Source of the DNA: Thermoplasmata archaeon
Lineage (GTDB): Archaea; Thermoplasmatota; Thermoplasmata; Lutacidiplasmatales; UBA184
Assembly: GCA_027315165.1 (NCBI GenBank)
Contig: DAHUYN010000003.1
Span: forward strand, 95,846-159,845
DNA: 64,000 nucleotides
Reading direction: 5' to 3'
Shown: positions 55,882 to 64,000 of the stretch, in pieces
How the letters are laid out: every line of letters begins with the position of its first letter
How positions within the stretch are numbered: position 1 is the first letter of the stretch
Program-made: the position numbers and the translations under genes
Notes under the pieces: generated by a model
Seen by the model: only the letters and a program-made list of their open reading frames with translations
What the model was told of the DNA's origin: nothing
The model's database searches: none

Positions 55882-58236
55882 CTACTTCGGCGGGTTCGGA
55901 AGCGGCGGGTTCGCCGTGCCGCCAGACTCCTCCTTCCACGCCGACGCGGGGGCCGCGCCGGCCTCCGAGCCGCTGCCCGAGCCGCCCGTCGAGCCGCCCG
56001 AGGTCGCCGGAGAGATCGGCTTCATCATCTTGGGCCGGTCCCGCCGCCGGATCATCAGCACGAGGGCGATCGTGACGATGACGATGATCAGGAACAACAC
56101 GAGCCAGCCCACCGTGAGCCCGCTCCCGGCCCCGAGGTCGTACTGGAGCGGCGACGGGTTCGGCTGCACGCTGACGCTGAACAGCGAGACCCCGTAGCAG
56201 GCCGATAGGCACGCCGTGCCGGTGACGTAGACCTCGAACAGCTGGGCGCCCGCCGGGACCCCGGTCGGGAGCGTGTAGCTGATGTCGCCGGAGGTCCCCG
56301 TCGTCTGGACGACCTTGGCGCCGGCCGCGGTGTAGAACGACGAGTACGGGTAGACCGAGATCTCGTAGCTCTTCGCGAGCGCCGCGTTCCCGTAGGCCTG
56401 GAACGAGTAGTGGATCTGGATCGTCTGGCCCGGCTGGTAGCTCCCGTCCGCGTAGTTCGACGGGGTCGAGATCCCCGCGACGACGGCGAGCCCCGAGACC
56501 TCGTCGAGCGTGATCGAGGCGCTCCCGACGATCCCGAGCCTCGAGTCCTGCGCGGCGACGTCGATGCTCACCGAGCTCGGCGTGTCGACGGCGGGAAGCG
56601 CGATCGTGATCTGGCCGCCCGTGACCGCGCCGTTGAGGTAGACGTTCCCGTTCGAGTCGACGACGCTCGCATAGAGCGACGCGTTCGAGAAGACCTGGCC
56701 GACGGTCGTCACCGAGACGGTGACGGTGTCGCCCGGGAGGTAGGAGGCCTCGCTCGGGTTGAGGAGGATCGCCGGCGCCGTGACGGCCGCGTAGGCCGAC
56801 GCGAAGAGCGGGCCCGTCGCGTTGTGCGCCTGGATGGAGACCTGGAGCTCCCCCGAGTAGCCCGTCGGGACCGCGACCGAGAAGCTCCCCGTGAGCGACG
56901 TCGAGCCGATCAGCCCGTGGCTGACGAGCGTCGAGGAGTCGACCTCGTAGGCCCACCACGCATCGATCGTCCAGCCCTGGGTGAGCGACGAGTTGAACGC
57001 CCCGAGGGCCCAGCTGGCCTTCGCGGTGTCGCCGCCGTAGTACTGCGCGCTGTCGAGGCGGAGCTGGAGCGACGCCGTCCCGGCGGCCTGCGTCACGACG
57101 GTGAAGTCGGTGACGCTCGGACCGTAGGTCTGGGCCGAGTTGAGCGGGTCCGTGACGGTGACCGTCACCGAGTCGGTCTGGCCCGGCGGGAACGTCGTCG
57201 CGGAGGCGATGAACAGGATCGCCGCGCCGCCCGTCGCGTTCGTCGTCACCGACGCGGGCCAGCCGCCGGGGGGCGAGGCGGGCGTCACGCCGGCGTCGAA
57301 CTCAAAGGTCGCCGTGAGGCCGGGGGCCGGCACGTCCGGTCCCGGCGAGACGATCCAGGTCTGCGTGACGACGTAGACGGGGGTTCCCGCCGTGAACGTC
57401 GAGCCGACGCAGCCCGAGGTGAGGCACGTCTCGAGCGTCACCGACGGGTCGGAGACCGTGCCGAGCGGCACGGAGAGGTAGCCGACCTCGGAGTTCGGAT
57501 AGGCGCCCGCGGAGAGGTTCGCCCAGAGGGTGAGGTCGATCCAGCCGTAGGTGCTCGCGTCCGTCGGGACGACGAACGAGAAGTTCCCCCAGGAGGCGTT
57601 GCCGAGGTTCATCGGCGAGCCGGGGAGCGCGTTCCACGTCCCGGAGTTCGTGTAGTAGACGGCCGTGAGGACGACCGACGTGAGGCCGGTCATCGCGGCC
57701 CCGTTGACGGTCTTGTCGACGTAGTAGAGCCCGGTGCCGGAGTGCTGGGCGAGGTAGGCCCCCTGCGACGTCTCGAGGGAGGCGGTGTAGGTCGAGACGG
57801 TGAAGCTCGTGTTGTACCAGCCGCCGTAGGTGCCGTGGATCGAGAGGTTCCACGCGCCGCCGTCGGCGAGGCTCAGGGGCAGGAAGTAGGAGGCGCCCCA
57901 GTCCAAGCTGTTGTTGTAGGCGCTCGCGGTGAAGCTGACGTTCCAGGTCTGCGCGGTCGCGGGGATGCCGTCCCGCGTGTAGTTCTGGTCGCGGACCGTG
58001 ACGCTCGCGAGGTTGTCGCTCGGGTCGTAGGCGAGGAAGTAGACGTGCCCGCATCCGAGGCCCACCTCGAACGACGAACAGCCGGGGGCGAGCTCGGGAG
58101 AGACGAAGACCGTCGCGCCGGGATGAGGCGCCTGAGGCGCCGAGGGCGCGGCCCGCACGGCGGCGGGCGCGGCCGCGAAGGCGGTGGCGATCATCACGGC
58201 GACGAGCACATAGGCCAATAGGCGTCGGCGTTCCAT
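55882..58236 (-). CDS. Large Ser/Thr-rich secreted glycoprotein with C-terminal TM (S-layer-like)
   Basis: Signal peptide, many N-x-S/T sequons, repeated Y..G.T.. beta domains and a C-terminal TM. Strong TTTTAAG box about 26 nt upstream of ATG 58236. Confidence 0.75.
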   Translation of the reverse strand: MERRRLLAYVLVAVMIATAFAAAPAAVRAAPSAPQAPHPGATVFVSPELAPGCSSFEVGLGCGHVYFLAYDPSDNLASVTVRDQNYTRDGIPATAQTWNVSFTASAYNNSLDWGASYFLPLSLADGGAWNLSIHGTYGGWYNTSFTVSTYTASLETSQGAYLAQHSGTGLYYVDKTVNGAAMTGLTSVVLTAVYYTNSGTWNALPGSPMNLGNASWGNFSFVVPTDASTYGWIDLTLWANLSAGAYPNSEVGYLSVPLGTVSDPSVTLETCLTSGCVGSTFTAGTPVYVVTQTWIVSPGPDVPAPGLTATFEFDAGVTPASPPGGWPASVTTNATGGAAILFIASATTFPPGQTDSVTVTVTDPLNSAQTYGPSVTDFTVVTQAAGTASLQLRLDSAQYYGGDTAKASWALGAFNSSLTQGWTIDAWWAYEVDSSTLVSHGLIGSTSLTGSFSVAVPTGYSGELQVSIQAHNATGPLFASAYAAVTAPAILLNPSEASYLPGDTVTVSVTTVGQVFSNASLYASVVDSNGNVYLNGAVTGGQITIALPAVDTPSSVSIDVAAQDSRLGIVGSASITLDEVSGLAVVAGISTPSNYADGSYQPGQTIQIHYSFQAYGNAALAKSYEISVYPYSSFYTAAGAKVVQTTGTSGDISYTLPTGVPAGAQLFEVYVTGTACLSACYGVSLFSVSVQPNPSPLQYDLGAGSGLTVGWLVLFLIIVIVTIALVLMIRRRDRPKMMKPISPATSGGSTGGSGSGSEAGAAPASAWKEESGGTANPPLPNPPK

Positions 58237-58330
58237 GGGGAAAAGTCGCTTGGTCTTCCTACTTAAAAGCATGTCCCGAGTTGAGGGCGAGGGCCCCGGG
58301 CCTTAGTAGGGCCAGGGCGTATCCCGGTCG

Positions 58331-59164
58331 ATGGCGAGCGAGGCGCGGAGCCGCCCGGGACCGAAGCCGAAGCGGCTCTACCTGCGGTCGACCCGGTTCC
58401 TCGACGCCGACCGCCAGGGGGCCCCGACGAGGCGGCTCCTGCGGCCGTACTGGGCGAACCTCGAGCGCACGGGGCGGCTCGTCGCGGTCGGTGAGACGAC
58501 CGACCCGTTGGGCGAGCTGCTCGTCCTGCGGGCCGTCGACGTCGACGAGGCGCATCGGGTCCTCCGTCGAGACCCCTGGCGGAACGTCGACAATGTCCGC
58601 TACGAGGTCGTCGAGTGGGACCCGAGGACCCTCGGGCCCGGCGTCAACCTCGAGCCCGCGCCGCCCCGGGGCGCGGGCCGGCTCACCGCGCTCGAGCGGA
58701 TCTCGGTCGTCGTCTCGAACCAGTCGGCGGCGCTGGCCTGGTATCGGGACGCGCTCGGGCTCACCGTCCGCTCGCACGACCCCGGGACGCGCTTCGTCGA
58801 GCTCTCGCTCGGGAAGGGCGCCGCCGCGCTCTCGCTCGTCGAGCCGCGACGTGAGTGGGGGGAGCCGTACTACGCCGAGGCGCGGGCCCGCATCGGGCTC
58901 GCCACCGGGATCGCCTTCCAGACCGACAGCGTCGCGGCGCTCGAGCGGAGGCTCCGACGGGAGGGGGCGCGCGTGACGCAGGCGCCCGCGCGCCAGCCCT
59001 GGGGGGGCGTGACGCTCCGGTTCACCGACCCGGACGGCAACGAGTTCCTGGCGTTCCAGCGGCAGGCCGAGGCGGGGCCTCCCGACGCCGCGCCGCCGCT
59101 CCGCCCCGCCCCGTCGAGCGGGGTCCGCTGGCTCCGTCGCAGGGCCGGGTCGAAGCCCCTTTAG
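58331..59164 (+). CDS. YciI-like domain fused to a VOC/glyoxalase domain
   Basis: G.LVAVG...G.LLVLRA....A...L..DPW..YEV.EW (YciI), then AL.WYRD.LG..GIAF..PWGG...FTDPDGNEF (VOC). Confidence 0.75.
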   Translation: MASEARSRPGPKPKRLYLRSTRFLDADRQGAPTRRLLRPYWANLERTGRLVAVGETTDPLGELLVLRAVDVDEAHRVLRRDPWRNVDNVRYEVVEWDPRTLGPGVNLEPAPPRGAGRLTALERISVVVSNQSAALAWYRDALGLTVRSHDPGTRFVELSLGKGAAALSLVEPRREWGEPYYAEARARIGLATGIAFQTDSVAALERRLRREGARVTQAPARQPWGGVTLRFTDPDGNEFLAFQRQAEAGPPDAAPPLRPAPSSGVRWLRRRAGSKPL

Positions 59165-59195
59165 GCGCGCCGTCGCTGCCGTCGCGAGAGGCGCC

Positions 59196-59849
59196 ATGTC
59201 CGAGATCCTGCCGGGGGTCCATCACGTGCCCGCCGCCGACGGAACGTTCGTCTACCTCGTCAAGGAGAAGGGCGGCGACTTCGCGCTGATCGACACGGGG
59301 CTCCCGGGGTCGGTGGCCCCGATCCGGGCCTACCTCGACGCGGCGAAGATCCCCCCGTCCTCGATCAAGCGGATCCTCCTCACGCACCTCCATCGAGACC
59401 ACACCGGCGGGCTCGCCGAGCTCGTGCGCCTGACGAAGGCCCGGACGTTCGCGCACTGGCTCGAGGCGGCGTTCATCGCGAAGGCGCCGCCGTACGACGG
59501 GCCGGGGATGCCGCCCGTCGACGCCGTGACCGTCGACGAGCGCCTCAAGGACGGCGACACGCTCGACGTCCTCGGGGGGCTCACGGTCTACCACACGCCG
59601 GGGCACACGCCGGGCCACCTCGCCTTCTACCAGGCGGAGCGGAAGATCCTCTTTCCCGGGGACCTGTTCTTCGGCAACGACGACGAGCTGATCCTCACCG
59701 TCCCGCAGTTCACGCACCACACGCTCTCCGCGCGGGTCTCGGCCCACCGGGTCGGCCAGCTCGCGGTCGAGTCGGTCCTCCCCTACCACGGGGGGCCGTT
59801 CCCCAAGGGCGGCGGGGCTCGCCTCCGCCGGCTCGTCGCCTCGTTGTAG
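59196..59849 (+). CDS. Metallo-beta-lactamase fold hydrolase
   Basis: LIDTG, LTHLHRDHTGG, HTPGHTPGH, GD and PYHG motifs. Confidence 0.93.
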   Translation: MSEILPGVHHVPAADGTFVYLVKEKGGDFALIDTGLPGSVAPIRAYLDAAKIPPSSIKRILLTHLHRDHTGGLAELVRLTKARTFAHWLEAAFIAKAPPYDGPGMPPVDAVTVDERLKDGDTLDVLGGLTVYHTPGHTPGHLAFYQAERKILFPGDLFFGNDDELILTVPQFTHHTLSARVSAHRVGQLAVESVLPYHGGPFPKGGGARLRRLVASL

Positions 59850-59858
59850 GGGAGGTCC

Positions 59859-61205
59859 GTGGACGCGGCCGAGATCCGCGACCGGGTCCGCAGGACGAAC
59901 TACGTCACCTGGCGGCGCCAGGGGGGCTGGGACCCCCTCGTCGTCACGAGGGCCGAGGGCTCGACGTTCTGGGACTCCGACGGTCGGGCCTACCTCGACT
60001 TCGCCTCGCAGCTCGTCGCGACGAACCTCGGGCACGGCAACCAGGCCGTCATCGAGGCGATCGTCGCGCAGGCCCGCGCGCTCCCGTACGCGGCGCCGTC
60101 GTTCGCGACCGAGGCCCGGGGGCGCCTGAGCGAGGCGCTCGACCGCGTCCTCCCCGACGGCCTCGACCGCTACTTCTTCTCGACCTCCGGCACCGAGGCG
60201 AACGAGGCGGCGCTCAAGATCGCGCGCGTCGTCACGGGTCGTCGGCGGGTGATCTCGCGCCGTCGCTCCTACCACGGCGCGACGGCCGCCTCGATCTCCG
60301 TCACCGGGGACCCGAGGCGGTGGCCGGTGGAGCCGGTGCAGCAGGTCCCGGGGACCGTCTTCGCGCCGGACTGCTACTGCTACCGCTGCCCGCTCGGGCT
60401 CACCTACCCCGATTGCCACACGGCGTGCGCCGAGGTCGTCGACGAGATGATCCGCACCACCGGCGACGTCGCCGCGATGATCGTCGAGCCGATCGTCGGG
60501 ACGAACGGCGTGATCGTCCCCGTGCCCGAGTACCTCCCGAGGCTCCGCGAGATCACGCGGCGCCACGGCGTCCTCCTCATCGCCGACGAGGTGATGACGG
60601 GCTGGGGCCGCACGGGGGCGTGGTTCGCCGTCGACCACTACGGCGTGACGCCCGATCTCCTCACGACGGCGAAGGGGATCACGGGCGCCTACGTGCCGCT
60701 CGGGCTCACCGCGACGAGCCCCGCGCTCCACGACGCGTTCGCGGACCGCTACTTCCCCCACGGGCACACCTACGAGGCGCACCCCCTGACGCTCGCCCCC
60801 GCGGTCGCGGCGATCGGCGAGTACGAGCGCCTCCATCTCGTCGAGCGGTCGCGGACGGAGGGCGCCTACCTCCTCGAACGGCTCCGGGGGATCGCCGAGC
60901 GCCACGTGAGCGTCGGCGAGGTCCGGGGCCGGGGGCTGTTCGCCGCCGTCGAGCTCGTCCGGGACCGGGCCACGCGGGCGCCGTTCAACACCGCGGAGGA
61001 GAAGCTCGCCGGGCGCCCGCTCGTCGTCGACAAGGTCGTCCGGGCGATGGCCTCGGAGGGCGTCTACGCCTTCGGCTGGGTCTCGCACCTCGTCGTCGCG
61101 CCGCCCCTCATCATCGAGCGCGCCGAGCTCGACCGGGGCCTCGAGGTGCTCGACCGGGCGCTCGTCGTCGCCGACCGTGAGGTCACGGGGGGAACCAGCG
61201 GCTGA
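59859..61205 (+). CDS. Class III PLP-dependent aminotransferase (beta-alanine/taurine:2-oxoacid type)
   Basis: YLDFASQL..NLGH, SGTEANE, SYHG, IADEVMTGWGRTG, AKG and HGHTY motifs. Confidence 0.93.
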   Translation: MDAAEIRDRVRRTNYVTWRRQGGWDPLVVTRAEGSTFWDSDGRAYLDFASQLVATNLGHGNQAVIEAIVAQARALPYAAPSFATEARGRLSEALDRVLPDGLDRYFFSTSGTEANEAALKIARVVTGRRRVISRRRSYHGATAASISVTGDPRRWPVEPVQQVPGTVFAPDCYCYRCPLGLTYPDCHTACAEVVDEMIRTTGDVAAMIVEPIVGTNGVIVPVPEYLPRLREITRRHGVLLIADEVMTGWGRTGAWFAVDHYGVTPDLLTTAKGITGAYVPLGLTATSPALHDAFADRYFPHGHTYEAHPLTLAPAVAAIGEYERLHLVERSRTEGAYLLERLRGIAERHVSVGEVRGRGLFAAVELVRDRATRAPFNTAEEKLAGRPLVVDKVVRAMASEGVYAFGWVSHLVVAPPLIIERAELDRGLEVLDRALVVADREVTGGTSG

Positions 61206-62631
61206 TCACCGTCTTCGGTCTCGTGTAGAACTCGACCGCCGGACGGCCCGTCGCGGCGAGATCGCCGAAGACGGAGCCCTTCCAGCCGACGAAGGGGAAG
61301 TACGCCGCGGGCGCCGGGACCCCGACGTTGACGCCGACCATCCCCGCCTCGATCCGGTGCGAGAACTCCCGCGCGGCCCGGCCGTCCCTCGTGAAGATCG
61401 CCGCCGCGTTCCCGAAGCGCGAGCGGTTCGCCACCTCGAGCGCCTCGTCGAGCGAGCGCACGCGGACGACGCAGAGGACGGGGCCGAAGACCTCCTCGCG
61501 TGCGATCGCCATCTCGGGCCGGACCCTGTCGAGGAGCGTCGGCGGGAGGAAGAAGCCGCCCGTCCCCGCGGGGGCCGGGCCGACCGCGGCGCGGACCGCG
61601 CCCTCGCCCTCGGCGCGGCGGACCTCGTCGGAGACGCGGGCCGCGTGCTCGGCGCGGATCAGCGGCCCCATCTCGGTGCCCTCGAGGTCCCCCGGCCCGA
61701 CGCGGACGGCGCCGACCCGTTCGGAGAGCCGTCGGACGAGCTCGTCCCCGACCGGCTCGACGGCGAGGACGACGCTCGCGGCGAGGCAGCGCTCGCCCGC
61801 GTGGCCGTAGGCGCTCGAGACGATCGCCTCGACGGTGGGGCCGAGAGCGGCATCGGGGAGGACGACGAGGTGGTTCTTCGCGCCCGCGAGCGCGAGGACG
61901 CGCTTGCCCGCCGCGGCCCCTCTCGCGTAGACCTCGCGCGCGACGGGCGCCGAGCCGACGAAGGCGACGGCGTCGACGCCGTCGTGGTCGACGAGCGCCT
62001 CGACGGTCTCGCGGGCGCCGTGGACGAGGTTGAGGACACCTCGCGGGAGCCCGGCCTCGGAGAGCCGCTCGACGAGGCGCACCGCGGTCCCCGGGGTCCG
62101 CTCCGACGGCTTGAGGACGAAGGTGTTGCCGCAGGCGAGGGCGAGCGGCGCCATCCACATCGGGATCATCGCGGGGAAGTTGAACGGCGTGATGCCGACG
62201 ACGACGCCGACCGGCTCTCGGAGGAGCTGCGTGTCGACGCCCCGCGAGACGTTCGCGAGCGCGCTCCCCTGCACGAGCGTCGGGGCGGAGAGGGCGAACT
62301 CGAGCGCCTCGAGGCCGCGGAGGAACGACCCTCGGGCCTCGTCGAGGGTCTTGCCGTTCTCTCGCGTGATCTCAAGGACGATCGCCTCCTCGTCGCCGAG
62401 GAGCCTCTCGCGGCCCGCGGCCAGGAGCCGGGCGCGCTCCGCCACCGGGACGGCCCGCCACGAGGGGAACGCCGCGCGCGCGGCGCGGACCGCCCGGTCG
62501 ACCTCGGCCGCCGTCGACAGCGGGACCTCGGCGAGGGCGGCGCCCGTCGCCGGGTCGGGCCGGGGGAGCGCTCCCGAGCGGTCGGGAACCTTCCACACGC
62601 CGTCGATGTAGTTTCGGAGAGCCTCGGGCAC
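61183..62631 (-). CDS. mmsA: CoA-acylating (methyl)malonate-semialdehyde dehydrogenase
   Basis: ITPFNFPAMIPMW, LKPSE, GAKNH, catalytic GERCLA, EEVFGPV and GVNVGVPAP motifs. Confidence 0.9.
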   Translation of the reverse strand: MPEALRNYIDGVWKVPDRSGALPRPDPATGAALAEVPLSTAAEVDRAVRAARAAFPSWRAVPVAERARLLAAGRERLLGDEEAIVLEITRENGKTLDEARGSFLRGLEALEFALSAPTLVQGSALANVSRGVDTQLLREPVGVVVGITPFNFPAMIPMWMAPLALACGNTFVLKPSERTPGTAVRLVERLSEAGLPRGVLNLVHGARETVEALVDHDGVDAVAFVGSAPVAREVYARGAAAGKRVLALAGAKNHLVVLPDAALGPTVEAIVSSAYGHAGERCLAASVVLAVEPVGDELVRRLSERVGAVRVGPGDLEGTEMGPLIRAEHAARVSDEVRRAEGEGAVRAAVGPAPAGTGGFFLPPTLLDRVRPEMAIAREEVFGPVLCVVRVRSLDEALEVANRSRFGNAAAIFTRDGRAAREFSHRIEAGMVGVNVGVPAPAAYFPFVGWKGSVFGDLAATGRPAVEFYTRPKTVISRWFPP

Positions 62632-62798
62632 GGGGGGCGTCGACCCCTCGGGGGCGGCGCCGTATAACCCCTTGGGCCCTCGAGGCCGCGGCCCCCGAGG
62701 GCCGCCGCTCCGAACGATTAAGTAGCCGCTCCCCGTGAGACGGCCGCGTCCTCGGGCGAGCCGTAGCGCTCCGCCCGCGCGGGACGGGGACGGAGGTC

Positions 62799-64000
62799 GT
62801 GGACCCGAGGCTGTCGCAGGTGCTGCGAGAGTACGAGCGCCGCACGCCGAAGTCGGCCAAGCTCTGGGAGCACGCGAAGGTCTGGTCGCCGCTCGGGGTC
62901 CACAGCAACTACCGGTACCTCGAGCCGTACCCGTTCTACGTCCTCCGGGGCCGCGGCACCCACCTCTGGGACGCCGACAACAACGACCTTCTGGACTTCA
63001 ACATGGGGTTCGGCGGCCTCCAGAGCGGCCACGCCCACCCGAAGCTCGTCGAGGCGATGCGCGCCCAGCTCGAGGACGGCTCGCTCTACGGCTACGAGTG
63101 GCACCGCACCCCCGAGGTCGCCGAGCAGCTCTGCCGGCGCTTCGGGATGGACCAGGTCCGCTTCAGCTCGACGGGGCTCGAGGCGACGCACCACGCCTCC
63201 CGCATCGCGCGCGCCGTCACGGGGCACCGCTACCTCCTCAAGTTCGAGGGCTCCTACCACGGCTCCCACGACACCCTCCTGGTCGGCGTCAAACCGCGCG
63301 CCGAGGTCGCGGGACCGGCGGACCGGCCGCACTCGGTGCCCGCGGGGCCCGGCATCCTCACCGAGATCGCGGAGCGGACCCGTGTGGCCCCGTACAACGA
63401 CCTCGAGGCGACCCGCGAGATCGCGCGAGAGCACGCCGAGGACATCGCGGGGATCGTCGTCGAGCCGATCGCGATGAACATGGGGTTCATCCTGCCCGAG
63501 AAGGGGTTCCTCGAGGGGCTGCGCGAGCTCGCCGACGAGCTCGGCGCCCTCCTCATCTTCGACGAGATCAAGACCGGCGCGAAGTACCCGCACGGCGGCG
63601 CCGGCCGGATGGGCGTGCGCCCGGACCTGATGCTCTTGGGGAAGTCGATCGCCTGCGGCGCCCCCGTCTCGGCGATCGCGGCCCGCCGGGGGATCCTCGA
63701 CAACGTCGGGCCGAGGAAGATCGCGCACGCCGGCACCTTCAACTCGAACCCGGTGTCGATGGCCTGCGCGCTCGCGACGCTCGAGCACATCCTCACCGAG
63801 GAGAACCTCGCGCGCTCCGCGCGGCTGAACGCGCGGCTCGCCAAGGGCTACGAGGAGGTCTTCCGCGACCACCACGTGACGGCGCACGTCGCCGCCGACG
63901 GCCCCTCGGGGACGGTCTTCTTCTCCGACCACCCGGTGCACGACTGGCGGAGCTTCCTCACCGTGGACGGCGACCGATCGATGCTCTACTACTACGCCTG
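62799..64000 (+). CDS. Glutamate-1-semialdehyde aminomutase-like class III aminotransferase (3'-partial; absent from the ORF track)
   Basis: SD GGAGGT then GTG at 62799. RTPKS, LWDADNN.LLDF, VRFSSTG.EA, KFEGSYHG.HD, LIFDEIKTG, GKSIA.G.P and HAGTFNSNP. Confidence 0.9.
   Translation, partial: MDPRLSQVLREYERRTPKSAKLWEHAKVWSPLGVHSNYRYLEPYPFYVLRGRGTHLWDADNNDLLDFNMGFGGLQSGHAHPKLVEAMRAQLEDGSLYGYEWHRTPEVAEQLCRRFGMDQVRFSSTGLEATHHASRIARAVTGHRYLLKFEGSYHGSHDTLLVGVKPRAEVAGPADRPHSVPAGPGILTEIAERTRVAPYNDLEATREIAREHAEDIAGIVVEPIAMNMGFILPEKGFLEGLRELADELGALLIFDEIKTGAKYPHGGAGRMGVRPDLMLLGKSIACGAPVSAIAARRGILDNVGPRKIAHAGTFNSNPVSMACALATLEHILTEENLARSARLNARLAKGYEEVFRDHHVTAHVAADGPSGTVFFSDHPVHDWRSFLTVDGDRSMLYYYA

Overview
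Very GC-rich (by eye above 70%) archaeal chromosome segment. Several features fit a high-GC soil or peat Thermoplasmata lineage (inference; e.g. Ca. Lutacidiplasmatales/UBA184-like): an intron-containing tRNA-Trp, a free-standing tRNA-Ala(UGC), SUI1/aIF1, a single-OB-fold SSB, thermopsin, a class III signal-peptide pilin, Kelch/PKD surface proteins, and short TATA-like boxes about 25 nt upstream of apparently leaderless genes. About 55 intact genes can be supported, including uvrB (5'-partial), a BtuCDF-type ABC importer, acnA, rhodanese, thermopsin, amt, a gltD-like flavoprotein, an M3 peptidase, an orphan A/V-ATPase subunit I, an omega-aminotransferase, mmsA and a 3'-partial hemL-like gene. 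Most long ORFs in the six-frame track are GC-driven shadow frames. Main findings: (1) a GcvH/LbpA-TusA fusion whose lipoylation Lys is replaced by Arg, tail-to-tail with a rhodanese, suggesting a lipoate-independent sulfur relay; (2) a roughly 2.5-kb decayed integrative element bounded by tRNA-Ala and a 15/17 copy of its 3' end, carrying an integrase remnant and tandem small genes that share an HRVRG..RVRPH..NPRR motif; (3) a heavily frameshifted bacterial-type asnA pseudogene; (4) a PKD-TM-winged-helix membrane regulator sharing a bidirectional TATA box with a Kelch-PKD surface protein; (5) a box C/D guide RNA in the tRNA-Trp intron; (6) several paralogs lacking catalytic or metal ligands. 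All family assignments come from motif recognition without database searches.
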